From IMG/VR virus record IMGVR_UViG_3300029861_000002: DNA of 64,000 bases; one strand, given 5' to 3'. This stretch comes from a virus (taxonomy: Duplodnaviria; Heunggongvirae; Uroviricota; Caudoviricetes). A model generated the notes under the pieces. That model searched no databases, was not told the origin of the DNA, and saw only the letters and a program-made list of their open reading frames with translations. This document shows, piece by piece, positions 24,807 to 33,315 of the stretch (its first letter is position 1; every line of letters begins with the position of its first letter). A program made the translations under genes and the position numbers.

Positions 24807-25619
24807 ATGATTAGTCTGATTAACACGCGCAGTCATTGGACAGATGTAATTGAGCAAAATCATTTTCCCGATGGAACGCTGCATATTAATATGCCGCCCA
24901 ATTATTTTGATTACGATACCGTTCTTTGGGAGTATGAGAACGATGCAGAACTGTTCACTCTAATTTGCGTAAAGGGACACTTTAAAGATTGTCCCTTGAG
25001 GCTCGATATGCCATATATTCCTCATGCAAGAATGGATAGAGTGCAAGAACTTGAAGATGTGTTTACCCTTAAATATTTCTGTCAAGTAATCAATGGTCTT
25101 CACTTCGATAAAGTCATTGTAAGAGATGCTCATTCTAATGTAGCATTAGCTCTGCTCGATAGGGTAATTGATCTTACTCCTATTGGAGAAATCAAAGAGG
25201 CTATCAAACTTTTTGAGCATTATGAAAAAGAAACTCCCGTTCTATTTTTCCCGGACGAGGGAGCTATGAAGAGATATTCCACTCCAGCAATTAATCTTCC
25301 ATACGCCTTTGGAATTAAAAAGAGGGATTGGTCTACTGGAAAAATTCTTGGTCTACAACTAATGAATGGTGAGTTGGTTAAAGATAAGGGTGTTCTAATT
25401 GTAGACGATATTTGCTCTCGGGGAGGAACTTTCTATCACGCGGCAAACGCTCTAAAAGAAGCAGGAGCAAAAAATATTTATCTTTACGTCACTCATGCAG
25501 AACATACTATGGTTGAAGGTGATATGTATAATCAGGATATTGTAAAGAAAATCTTTACCACTGATAGCATCTTTAAGCCTGAGTGGGATACTAGAGGAAA
25601 GGTAGAAATTGTTCGATGA
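24807..25619 (+). CDS. ribose-phosphate pyrophosphokinase (Prs)-like phosphoribosyltransferase, a candidate NARP1 Adps
   Basis: PRPP-binding motif VLIVDDICSRGGT with a Prs-like N-terminal half. 270 aa, adjacent to the NAMPT-like gene. Confidence 0.55.
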   Translation: MISLINTRSHWTDVIEQNHFPDGTLHINMPPNYFDYDTVLWEYENDAELFTLICVKGHFKDCPLRLDMPYIPHARMDRVQELEDVFTLKYFCQVINGLHFDKVIVRDAHSNVALALLDRVIDLTPIGEIKEAIKLFEHYEKETPVLFFPDEGAMKRYSTPAINLPYAFGIKKRDWSTGKILGLQLMNGELVKDKGVLIVDDICSRGGTFYHAANALKEAGAKNIYLYVTHAEHTMVEGDMYNQDIVKKIFTTDSIFKPEWDTRGKVEIVR

Positions 25620-26065
25620 CTATTGAAAAGCTTCAAGCACTAAAAATTGCAGCTCTTAAAAATGGAGACGTAAATACAAAGAGAGTGCTTTCTGACATGA
25701 TTGATTCGTGTCAGAAAGCAACAATTACTCCGAAGGGAAGAGTGGAACTAACAGAGCAGTTAATTGATGAAACTCTTATTAAGTATCAAAAAACTGTGCA
25801 AGAAATGATTGATACCTGCCCCGCTAACTATTCTGAGAAGTTGCATCAATATCAAGAGGATATGAAAATCGTAAAAATGTGTGCTCCACAGCTGCTTACA
25901 GATAAAACAGAGATTGAAACAAGAGTAAGAGAAATCGCAGCTGCCGCAGGTATAGATCTCCTTAAAGCAAACCGAGGTGCGATTATGAAGTATGTTTCTG
26001 CGGCACTCAAAGGTAAAGCTGATATGAAAATTGTAAGCACTGTTGTTGGGGAGATTCTAAAATGA
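25616..26065 (+). CDS. GatB/YqeY-domain protein
   Basis: 149 aa. The all-helical pattern LKIAALKNGD..RVLSDMIDSCQKA resembles the YqeY/GatB C-terminal domain family. Confidence 0.5.
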   Translation: MTIEKLQALKIAALKNGDVNTKRVLSDMIDSCQKATITPKGRVELTEQLIDETLIKYQKTVQEMIDTCPANYSEKLHQYQEDMKIVKMCAPQLLTDKTEIETRVREIAAAAGIDLLKANRGAIMKYVSAALKGKADMKIVSTVVGEILK

Positions 26066-26430
26066 GTTTGACTTTAGAGCAGACGTTGGCTTCTATTTTA
26101 CAGTCTCTTGCTAACTTTTTTGGAGTAACCACTCAAACTATTATGGAAAATGCTCCAATGTGGTTGGCTAAATATGGCTGGTACGTAACCGTTAAAGATT
26201 TAGGATTTAACATTTTTGTTGGGGTTTTTATAGGTGCTATTATTTCTAGTATTATATGGTTTATACTATATCTAATAATTGAAGTCGATTTTAAAAAATG
26301 GCACCTGCACATTCTTACATTCGTGCCCATACTTTCAGTCATTATTACAGTTTGTGTTCCAATTATTACTTGCATTATTGCGCCAGAATACGTAGGAATT
26401 GAAGCATTATTCAGCTTGCTTCAAAATTGA
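26062..26430 (+). CDS. membrane protein
   Basis: 122 aa with about 3 TM helices. A terminator follows. Confidence 0.5.
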   Translation: MSLTLEQTLASILQSLANFFGVTTQTIMENAPMWLAKYGWYVTVKDLGFNIFVGVFIGAIISSIIWFILYLIIEVDFKKWHLHILTFVPILSVIITVCVPIITCIIAPEYVGIEALFSLLQN

Positions 26431-26513
26431 TAAAAAGCTCTCTTATGAGAGCTTTTTATTTTTATAAAAATATATGTTATAATATAATAAAGAAATAAGG
26501 AAAGGAAGATTTT

Positions 26514-28103
26514 ATGAGTTTCTTTGATGTAGCACCTATGTTTGCGGCAGACTATTATAAGATTGGTCATGCGGTTAAAATGCAGCCTGCCGACGCAAAG
26601 ATGGTGTATTCTACTTGGACTGCTCGCAGCAATAAATATCATAAAGACTGCGCCAAAACTATGGTGTTTGGCCATCAATATACCATCCAGCGACTGCTTA
26701 ATTACTGGCAGGCAGAATTTTTTAATCAGCCCATTGATCTGCTTGAAAGCGAGTGGAACAGGGTAATCAAGGATACTTTCCATCCTGGCTATGCAGATTT
26801 CAGCAAGTTTAGGAAACTTTATGAGCTTGGCTATCTTCCCATTTCAATTATGGGAGTTCCCGAAGGTACACTTCTTCCTATCGGTATTCCAGATCATGTT
26901 ATCTTTTCTACTGATCCTGAATTTGCATGGCTTCCGCAGTTTATTGAAGATCAGTGGAGTGCAAATAACTGGCTTCCTTCTACTTCTGCCACGACAGCCT
27001 TCTATCGACGTAAGCTAATCGAGCCTTATGTTAAGATGACCTGTGACGATATGTCTGCTCTCCCTCATATGTGCGGTGACTTCTCTCTCCGCGGTCACAC
27101 TTCACTTGAAGCGGGCTATATCTCTGGCGCCGCGCACGCTTTGTCTTTTGATAGGACTGCGACCATTGGTTCTAATCTTCTTTTGGAGAAATATTATGGA
27201 GCAGATTTAGAGAATAATCCTCCTCTAATGGGAACTCCATCTCTGGAGCACTCTGTTGTTGAACAGGGTGTAGCATGGAAAAGAGCGCAGATGTTCAATG
27301 GTGAGCTAGAAGCCGAGGAGCAAGCTCTACTCAATACTTGCCTCTCTGAAAATTGGGAAGTTAATCTTATTGCTGAGATGCTCTTCCTGCGCCATCTTCT
27401 TATCAATATTCAGCCTACTGGGACAATGACTTATGTAGCAGATACATATGATTATTGGGGTGTAGTATCTAAAATTGTTCCTGCATTGAGAGACATTATC
27501 GAGCAGCGGGATGGATGCCTTTCCATCCGCCCCGATAGCGGAGATCCAGTAAAAATCATTTGCGGGGACACAAGTTTTGCTGTTGATCCTGACTCCCCGG
27601 AGGGTAAAGGAACTCTTGTCAGTCTCTTTGATACTTTTGGCGGCAACCTTAATAGAAAGGGTTATTTTGAGCTTCCCTCTTGTATTCGTGTTATTTATGG
27701 CGATGCGATCACTCCCGAGATCACTGAAAAAATATGTAATTGGTGTGTCAATAATTCTATTTCAGTATCAAATATCTGTTTTGGAATTGGCGCATATACT
27801 TATCAATATGTAACTCGTGACACTAGAGGCTATGCAATTAAGGCTACCGATTGTATTCTTGGAGAAGATGAAATCCAAATCTACAAGATGCCAAAAACCG
27901 ATCCTGGGAAAAAATCTCCTCGTGGATGCGTAGCGGTTGTTAAAGACTCAGAGGGCCAATATAGGCTTGTTGAAAATCTTACTCTTAAAGAAGCCATCGA
28001 ATATAAGGATAATGTAATGAAATTCAAAGTAAAAGATGGTGTTTTTGTACGCGAAAACGAGGAAGATTTTTATACAATTAAGAATCGACTGATGGGAGAG
28101 TAA
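26514..28103 (+). CDS. nicotinamide phosphoribosyltransferase-family protein (NAMPT/NadV-like, or NARP1 Namat)
   Basis: 529 aa with promoter/leader upstream. The length and N-terminal FDVAPMFAADYYKIGH.. pattern are typical of the NAMPT family. Sits between Prs-like and NadE. Confidence 0.6.
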   Translation: MSFFDVAPMFAADYYKIGHAVKMQPADAKMVYSTWTARSNKYHKDCAKTMVFGHQYTIQRLLNYWQAEFFNQPIDLLESEWNRVIKDTFHPGYADFSKFRKLYELGYLPISIMGVPEGTLLPIGIPDHVIFSTDPEFAWLPQFIEDQWSANNWLPSTSATTAFYRRKLIEPYVKMTCDDMSALPHMCGDFSLRGHTSLEAGYISGAAHALSFDRTATIGSNLLLEKYYGADLENNPPLMGTPSLEHSVVEQGVAWKRAQMFNGELEAEEQALLNTCLSENWEVNLIAEMLFLRHLLINIQPTGTMTYVADTYDYWGVVSKIVPALRDIIEQRDGCLSIRPDSGDPVKIICGDTSFAVDPDSPEGKGTLVSLFDTFGGNLNRKGYFELPSCIRVIYGDAITPEITEKICNWCVNNSISVSNICFGIGAYTYQYVTRDTRGYAIKATDCILGEDEIQIYKMPKTDPGKKSPRGCVAVVKDSEGQYRLVENLTLKEAIEYKDNVMKFKVKDGVFVRENEEDFYTIKNRLMGE

Positions 28104-28108
28104 ATCTT

Positions 28109-28831
28109 ATGACAATAAGAGTTCAAAGAATCATTAACTGGATTAAAAAATATTTTATCGACAACGGCCCGGACTGCAAAGCTGTTATTGGTATTTCTGG
28201 AGGAAAAGATTCTACTGTCGCTGCCGCACTGCTTTGTAAAGCTATTGGGCCAGAAAATGTAATTGCAGTTCAAATGCCACAAGGGTATCAATCAGACATT
28301 GATATTTCAAATGAAGTTATTGAGTATCTAGGCATTAAAGAACATTATAATATCAACATTGGAGAGGCTTGCAAAGCAACTTTTTTCTCCCTACCCTCTG
28401 ATATTCGTAATCTTCCTCAAGTTGTAAGTAACGTTCCAGCAAGAGAAAGAATGAATATTCTTTATGCCATCGCGGCTGCTCGACATGGTAGAGTTGCAAA
28501 CACTTGTAATAGAAGTGAAAATTATGTTGGTTATTCAACCAAATTTGGTGATTCCGCGGGAGATTTTTCAATTCTGCACAATTACACAGTAACAGAAGTT
28601 AAAGAGATTGGTTTAGAACTTGGTCTACCGGAGAAATTTATAGAAAAAGTTCCAGAAGATGGATTAACTGGACTCTCAGATGAAGAGAATCTAGGTTTTT
28701 CTTATAAAACTCTTGATAACTTTTTGCTATATCGTATTACTCCTCCGTATGAAGTATATAAAAATATTGAGCAGAGACACAAGAGAAACCTACATAAAAC
28801 AGAGGAAATGCCAATCTGCCCCTTCTTTTAA
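28109..28831 (+). CDS. nadE: NH3-dependent NAD+ synthetase
   Basis: PP-loop GISGGKDSTVAAAL (SGGxDS) and NadE-like length (240 aa). Confidence 0.8.
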   Translation: MTIRVQRIINWIKKYFIDNGPDCKAVIGISGGKDSTVAAALLCKAIGPENVIAVQMPQGYQSDIDISNEVIEYLGIKEHYNINIGEACKATFFSLPSDIRNLPQVVSNVPARERMNILYAIAAARHGRVANTCNRSENYVGYSTKFGDSAGDFSILHNYTVTEVKEIGLELGLPEKFIEKVPEDGLTGLSDEENLGFSYKTLDNFLLYRITPPYEVYKNIEQRHKRNLHKTEEMPICPFF

Positions 28832-28894
28832 ATAAAGAGAGCTTTACGCTCTCTTTATTTTTATATTTTATTATGGTATAATATAATAAAGGAA

Positions 28895-29629
28895 GTGATT
28901 AAAGTGAGCGTATACGCTATTAGTGATCTTCATGGTATGTTATGTCTTTATCAAGAGGTAAAGAAATTTTTAAAACCAGAAGATAAAGTTTATTGCCTGG
29001 GCGATTGCGGCGATCGGGGACCTGATCCTTGGGAAACCATTAAAGCAGTTGCCGCAGATCCGCAATTTATCTACATCAAGGGTAATCACGAAGATATGCT
29101 TGTCAATGCAATGAGAGAATATGCGAAGTATGAATGTTTCGACAGAGATTATGCTTTGCTTTGTTTTAATGGAGGGAAAGACACCTTTGAAGGTTGGATA
29201 AGTGATGGTGCGAACCCTGATTGGTGTAATTATTTAAGTAAGTTACCTACTTATATGGAATACTGCAATAAAGACGATGTTAAAATAGCTCTTTGTCATG
29301 CAGGGCTTACAGCAGGTTCTAATCCAAATACAAGAGATTTAATCTGGGATAGAGAACATATTTGGGATACTTACTATGAAAATAATACTATCTGTGTTCA
29401 TGGACATACTCCTATCCCCGGTATGATTAGAGGCTATAGAGGAAGTCTAAAAAATTTCTTTGGAGCGAGAGAAGACTCTTATGTTGAGGGTGCTTTTTGG
29501 TACTGCAATGACCATAAGGTAAATATTGATTGTGGCAGTTTCTTTACTGGACAAACCGTTCTCTTAAATCTCGATACCTTTGACGAGCATATTTTTATGG
29601 TTGATATGGAGGATAAACAGTATGAATGA
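28895..29629 (+). CDS. Ser/Thr-phosphatase-like metallophosphoesterase (lambda-PPase/ApaH-like)
   Basis: YAISDLHGM, GDCGDRGPD and GNHE motifs. 244 aa. Confidence 0.7.
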   Translation: MIKVSVYAISDLHGMLCLYQEVKKFLKPEDKVYCLGDCGDRGPDPWETIKAVAADPQFIYIKGNHEDMLVNAMREYAKYECFDRDYALLCFNGGKDTFEGWISDGANPDWCNYLSKLPTYMEYCNKDDVKIALCHAGLTAGSNPNTRDLIWDREHIWDTYYENNTICVHGHTPIPGMIRGYRGSLKNFFGAREDSYVEGAFWYCNDHKVNIDCGSFFTGQTVLLNLDTFDEHIFMVDMEDKQYE

Positions 29630-30467
29630 CCAACTTGGTACTCGTATGAAGGAGTTTTATGAACAGGTACCTAAAACTCGCCTCATGCGCAGAACTCCAG
29701 TAGCAATTAGAATTGATGGAAAAGCATTTCATACCTTCACTAAAGGATTTAAAAAACCATTTGACGAAGTGTTAGTTGAAGCTATGCAAGAAACTACAGA
29801 GTATTTGTGCAGAAATATTCAAGGATGTGTTCTTGGATATACACAAAGTGATGAAATAACTCTAATTCTTGTTGATTACAAGAAATTAAATAGTGAAGCG
29901 TGGTTTGACTACGAAGTTCAAAAGATGTGCTCTGTTGCAGCATCTATGGCGACAATGGCTTTTAATAAAGCTTTTCATCGAGCGATTGAAGCATACGAAG
30001 TTGATTGGAAGTGCTCTCTAACTCCGCAAAGTGTAGAAATCCGACAGAAACATCAAGAATATATGAAAACTTTACGGATGGCAAGCGCAAAAGGTGCTAT
30101 GTTTGATGCACGTGTTTTTAATATCCCAAAAGAAGAGGTAACAAATCTCATTTACTGGCGACAGTTAGATGCCATTCGCAATTCTATTCAAATGGTTGGT
30201 CAAGCAAATTTTTCTCATAGTGAACTTCAGGGTAAGTGCAGTAGTGAAATTTTAGAGATGCTTATTTCCAAAAAGGGGATAGATTGGAATAGTCTACCGA
30301 CCTATTTGAAGAGAGGTTCTTGTTGTATAAAAGACTGCGAAGAAACGGAAAGAGAAGATGGCTCAATTCATTTTAAACACTATTGGTTTATTGACCTTAA
30401 TATTCCTCTATTCAAAGATGAAGGTAGGACTTATATTGAAGAACTAATTCAACCAGTTGAGATTTAA
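29622..30467 (+). CDS. Thg1-like 3'-5' nucleotidyltransferase (tRNA-His guanylyltransferase-like protein)
   Basis: PVAIRIDGKAFHTFTKGF matches the Thg1/TLP motif (RxDGxxFxxFT). The catalytic region YTQSDEITLIL is also present. About 281 aa. Confidence 0.6.
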   Translation: MNDQLGTRMKEFYEQVPKTRLMRRTPVAIRIDGKAFHTFTKGFKKPFDEVLVEAMQETTEYLCRNIQGCVLGYTQSDEITLILVDYKKLNSEAWFDYEVQKMCSVAASMATMAFNKAFHRAIEAYEVDWKCSLTPQSVEIRQKHQEYMKTLRMASAKGAMFDARVFNIPKEEVTNLIYWRQLDAIRNSIQMVGQANFSHSELQGKCSSEILEMLISKKGIDWNSLPTYLKRGSCCIKDCEETEREDGSIHFKHYWFIDLNIPLFKDEGRTYIEELIQPVEI

Positions 30468-30543
30468 AATAAAAATCTTTTGATATTTTATAAAAAATAT
30501 ATTATAATATTTATAGAAAGTTAAATGAATGGAGGAAAGCAGT

Positions 30544-31050
30544 ATGACTATTGAAGTAAAAGTTATGGTCGGTATCCCCGGTAGTGGAAAATCTACTTGG
30601 GCGCATAAAGAAGCTGAGTTGCTTGAAATGGATGGTTTTCATACTGCTATTATCTCCCGTGACGAGATAAGAAAATCTTTCGTTGGTGATGGAAGTTACT
30701 TCGGAAAAGAGAATGATGTATTCGAAGAATTTGTCCGTCAGATTAACGAATGTCTCGAAATCGGAATTGATTACGTCTTTGTTGACGCAACTCATATTTC
30801 CCAAGGATCAAGAGCAAAGCTATTGGGTAGACTGCGGCCGGACGGAAAAACAAGACTTGTCTTCGAAGTTTGCGATTGCGGGATTGATACCTGTATCGCT
30901 CGCAATAGCTTGAGAGAAGGATTTTCTCAAGTCCCAGAGTCCGCAATTAGGAAGATGGCTAGAAACTATAGATCTCCCACTCCCGCAGAATTTGAACTTT
31001 ATAAGTACGGATTTAAAGAAGTAAGAATTAATCATCATGGAATGGAGTGA
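30544..31050 (+). CDS. P-loop polynucleotide 5'-kinase-like protein (T4 Pnk kinase-domain-like)
   Basis: VMVGIPGSGKSTWAHKE is a Walker A motif, followed by ISRDEIRKS, as in the Pnk/AAA_33 kinase family. 168 aa, RBS GGAGGA. Confidence 0.6.
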   Translation: MTIEVKVMVGIPGSGKSTWAHKEAELLEMDGFHTAIISRDEIRKSFVGDGSYFGKENDVFEEFVRQINECLEIGIDYVFVDATHISQGSRAKLLGRLRPDGKTRLVFEVCDCGIDTCIARNSLREGFSQVPESAIRKMARNYRSPTPAEFELYKYGFKEVRINHHGME

Positions 31051-31056
31051 TAAAAC

Positions 31057-31620
31057 ATGATTTTTCTAACTTCAGATTGGCACTTTAATCATTCGAAAGA
31101 GTTTATCTATAAACCTCGCGGATTTGATTCTGCTGAGGAAATGAATAGTGCTCTTGTTGAACGGCACAACTCTCTTGTAACCTCAGAAGATGATGTATAT
31201 ATTCTTGGAGATTTATGTTTAGGTGGGGCAGAAAGCCTTGAGAAAAGCAGAGAACTTATTAGTTCTATGAATGGAAAACTTCATGTGGTTTTTGGAAATC
31301 ATGATACACCTAAACGTCGGCAAATGTATGCAGAGTTGCCGAATGTAGTTGAAACTGCATGGGCGCTTAGTCTTAACTACAAAAAATATCATTTCTATAT
31401 GTCTCATTTTCCAACTTTAACTGGAAATCTTGAAAAAGAGAGTCTCCATGAAATGATGCTTAATCTCTACGGTCATACGCATCAAAAATCTGATTTTTAT
31501 GAGGATAGACCCTATATGTATCATGTAGGAGTTGATTCACATAGCTGTTATCCAGTTTCTCTTGATGCAGTTATTGATGAAATGAAACTAAAGGTAAAGG
31601 AGTGCGTTGATATGCTATGA
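31057..31620 (+). CDS. metallophosphoesterase (candidate 2',3'-phosphatase partner of the kinase)
   Basis: Calcineurin-like motifs DWHFNH, GDLCLGG, GNHD and GHTH. 187 aa, immediately downstream of the kinase. Confidence 0.65.
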   Translation: MIFLTSDWHFNHSKEFIYKPRGFDSAEEMNSALVERHNSLVTSEDDVYILGDLCLGGAESLEKSRELISSMNGKLHVVFGNHDTPKRRQMYAELPNVVETAWALSLNYKKYHFYMSHFPTLTGNLEKESLHEMMLNLYGHTHQKSDFYEDRPYMYHVGVDSHSCYPVSLDAVIDEMKLKVKECVDML

Positions 31621-32393
31621 GCGGTGGTGTCGACGGAGAGGTTCTTACCCAAGGATGGCATCTGGTCTCTCCCACCAAGAAGGTAACTACCTATTCTATC
31701 GGTCTTGAGCAGTCTTATTTGACTTCTGAAGATAAGGGCGATTCTCCTAATGACGAGAGTTTTAACGTACCTACTAGCGATGGCAAAACCGTAAAGGTAA
31801 ACCTTGAGTTCTCTTACCGATTTGATGAAGATCGTGTTGCAGAAACCTTTACTCTATTCAAGGGTAAGGATGGCGAAACCATTAAGGATACCTTCATTAA
31901 GCCTAAGATTGTAGCATGGACTCAGGAAGTTACAGCTAACTATCCTGTAACTGATATTTTTGGCGACCAGCGTACTGCAATCAATGCTGAACTTGACGTT
32001 TATCTGCGTGAAAAGTTTGACCAGTATGGTATCATTATTGATACTGTAAACTTTACTGATATTTCTGTTGATGCTGAAACCGCAGAGGCTATCCAGAAGA
32101 AGGTAAATGCTCAGCAGGAGCTTGAGCTTGCCAATATTGAGGCACAGACTGCAAAGGTTCAGGCTGAGAAGGAAAAGGAAGTCGCTGAGATTCAGGCCGA
32201 GCAGGCGCTAATTCAGGCTCAAGCGCAGGCCGATGCTCTTGAAATTGCGGCGCAGGCCGAAGCTGAGGCAAATGCAAAGATTGCCGCTTCTCTTACTCCT
32301 GAGCTGATTGAGAAGATTAAGTATGAACAGTGGAATGGTCAGATGCCTTCTACTATGGCCGGAACTGATTCTTCTATTTTGATTACTCCCTAA
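31617..32393 (+). CDS. SPFH/band-7 domain protein
   Basis: 258 aa. An SPFH-like core is followed by a long Ala/Glu/Gln-rich coiled-coil tail (QAEKEKEVAEIQAEQALIQAQAQADALEIAAQAEAEANAKIAASL). The N-terminal start is uncertain. Confidence 0.55.
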   Translation: MSGGVDGEVLTQGWHLVSPTKKVTTYSIGLEQSYLTSEDKGDSPNDESFNVPTSDGKTVKVNLEFSYRFDEDRVAETFTLFKGKDGETIKDTFIKPKIVAWTQEVTANYPVTDIFGDQRTAINAELDVYLREKFDQYGIIIDTVNFTDISVDAETAEAIQKKVNAQQELELANIEAQTAKVQAEKEKEVAEIQAEQALIQAQAQADALEIAAQAEAEANAKIAASLTPELIEKIKYEQWNGQMPSTMAGTDSSILITP

Positions 32394-32397
32394 CTTT

Positions 32398-32434
32398 AAC
32401 CCTCCAGATTCTTAATCTGGAGGGTTTCTTTTTA
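32398..32434 (+). terminator. rho-independent terminator
   Basis: AACCCTCCAGATT-ctta-ATCTGGAGGGTT + TCTTTTT. Confidence 0.8.
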
Positions 32435-32438
32435 TGGC

Positions 32439-32497
32439 TAGCCTCGTCCTGCTCCGAGTTTCCGATCGCGCGTACCCACCAAATTTTTCTTTCAAAA
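32439..32497 (+). repeat. GC-rich 59-bp repeat, copy 2
   Basis: See copy 1. Differs only at GCGCATGCCC vs GCGCGTACCC. Confidence 0.7.
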
Positions 32498-32574
32498 TAC
32501 TACAAATATTGATTTTTCTATAAATAAATAGTATAATTTTAATATAAAAGATTTAAAAGATTAGGGGATATTTA

Positions 32575-32985
32575 ATGAGTGTAGTAAAAGCTATATATAA
32601 TGCTCCAATAGTTTATGAGCTTGTAGAACCATTTGTAGGATGTACTATAATAAATATATCATATAATGGAATTATCTTTGGCGGTCGTGCCCAACTATCA
32701 GAAAAAGATAGAGGTTTTTTTGCTAGAGGTGTAGGTAAAACTATTGCAATATCAAAAGCAAGAATTGCTATATTAAAATATGAATTAAAGTCTGCTAAAA
32801 CAGAGTTAAAACATAGAAATAACCTGTATCAAGAGGTAACAAAGTATGGGAAGTTATCTCCTGCGGAAGTTGACCCTACTGGAAATCTTTATCAAGCTAT
32901 AATGCGTATTGAAAAAAGAATTGACGCGCTTTCCGCAGCCCTAAAGAAAGAGAAAAAAGATTTAAAAGCCTATTTAAGAAATTAG
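32575..32985 (+). CDS. hypothetical protein
   Basis: 136 aa. First gene after the second copy of the GC-rich 59-bp repeat. Confidence 0.5.
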   Translation: MSVVKAIYNAPIVYELVEPFVGCTIINISYNGIIFGGRAQLSEKDRGFFARGVGKTIAISKARIAILKYELKSAKTELKHRNNLYQEVTKYGKLSPAEVDPTGNLYQAIMRIEKRIDALSAALKKEKKDLKAYLRN

Positions 32986-33081
32986 GATAAGGCTTTAAAT
33001 ATTGTTAGACGGCTCCGAAAGGACAATAATAATTAAACTTCCTTCTTCTTTTGTTATATATAGAGAAGAAGGTGGTATAAC

Positions 33082-33315
33082 TTGTTTTATTTATTAATTG
33101 GATTTCTTATTGGCATATTAGGGGTGCCGGTCTTAGACAGATTAGTTGACCTTATATCTACTATTATTGAACTTTTAAAGGCGAAAATTAGCGTGAAAAT
33201 AGTAGAATGTAACGTAAAAATCAATGAATTAAAAGATGGTACGCAGAATACTCACACTAGAGTAATAGGTTTTACCACTACACCAAACAAAGAAAAGGAA
33301 GAAGATTATGAGTAA
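33082..33315 (+). CDS. small membrane protein
   Basis: 77 aa. The N-terminus forms a TM helix (LLIGFLIGILGVPVL). Confidence 0.45.
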   Translation: MFYLLIGFLIGILGVPVLDRLVDLISTIIELLKAKISVKIVECNVKINELKDGTQNTHTRVIGFTTTPNKEKEEDYE

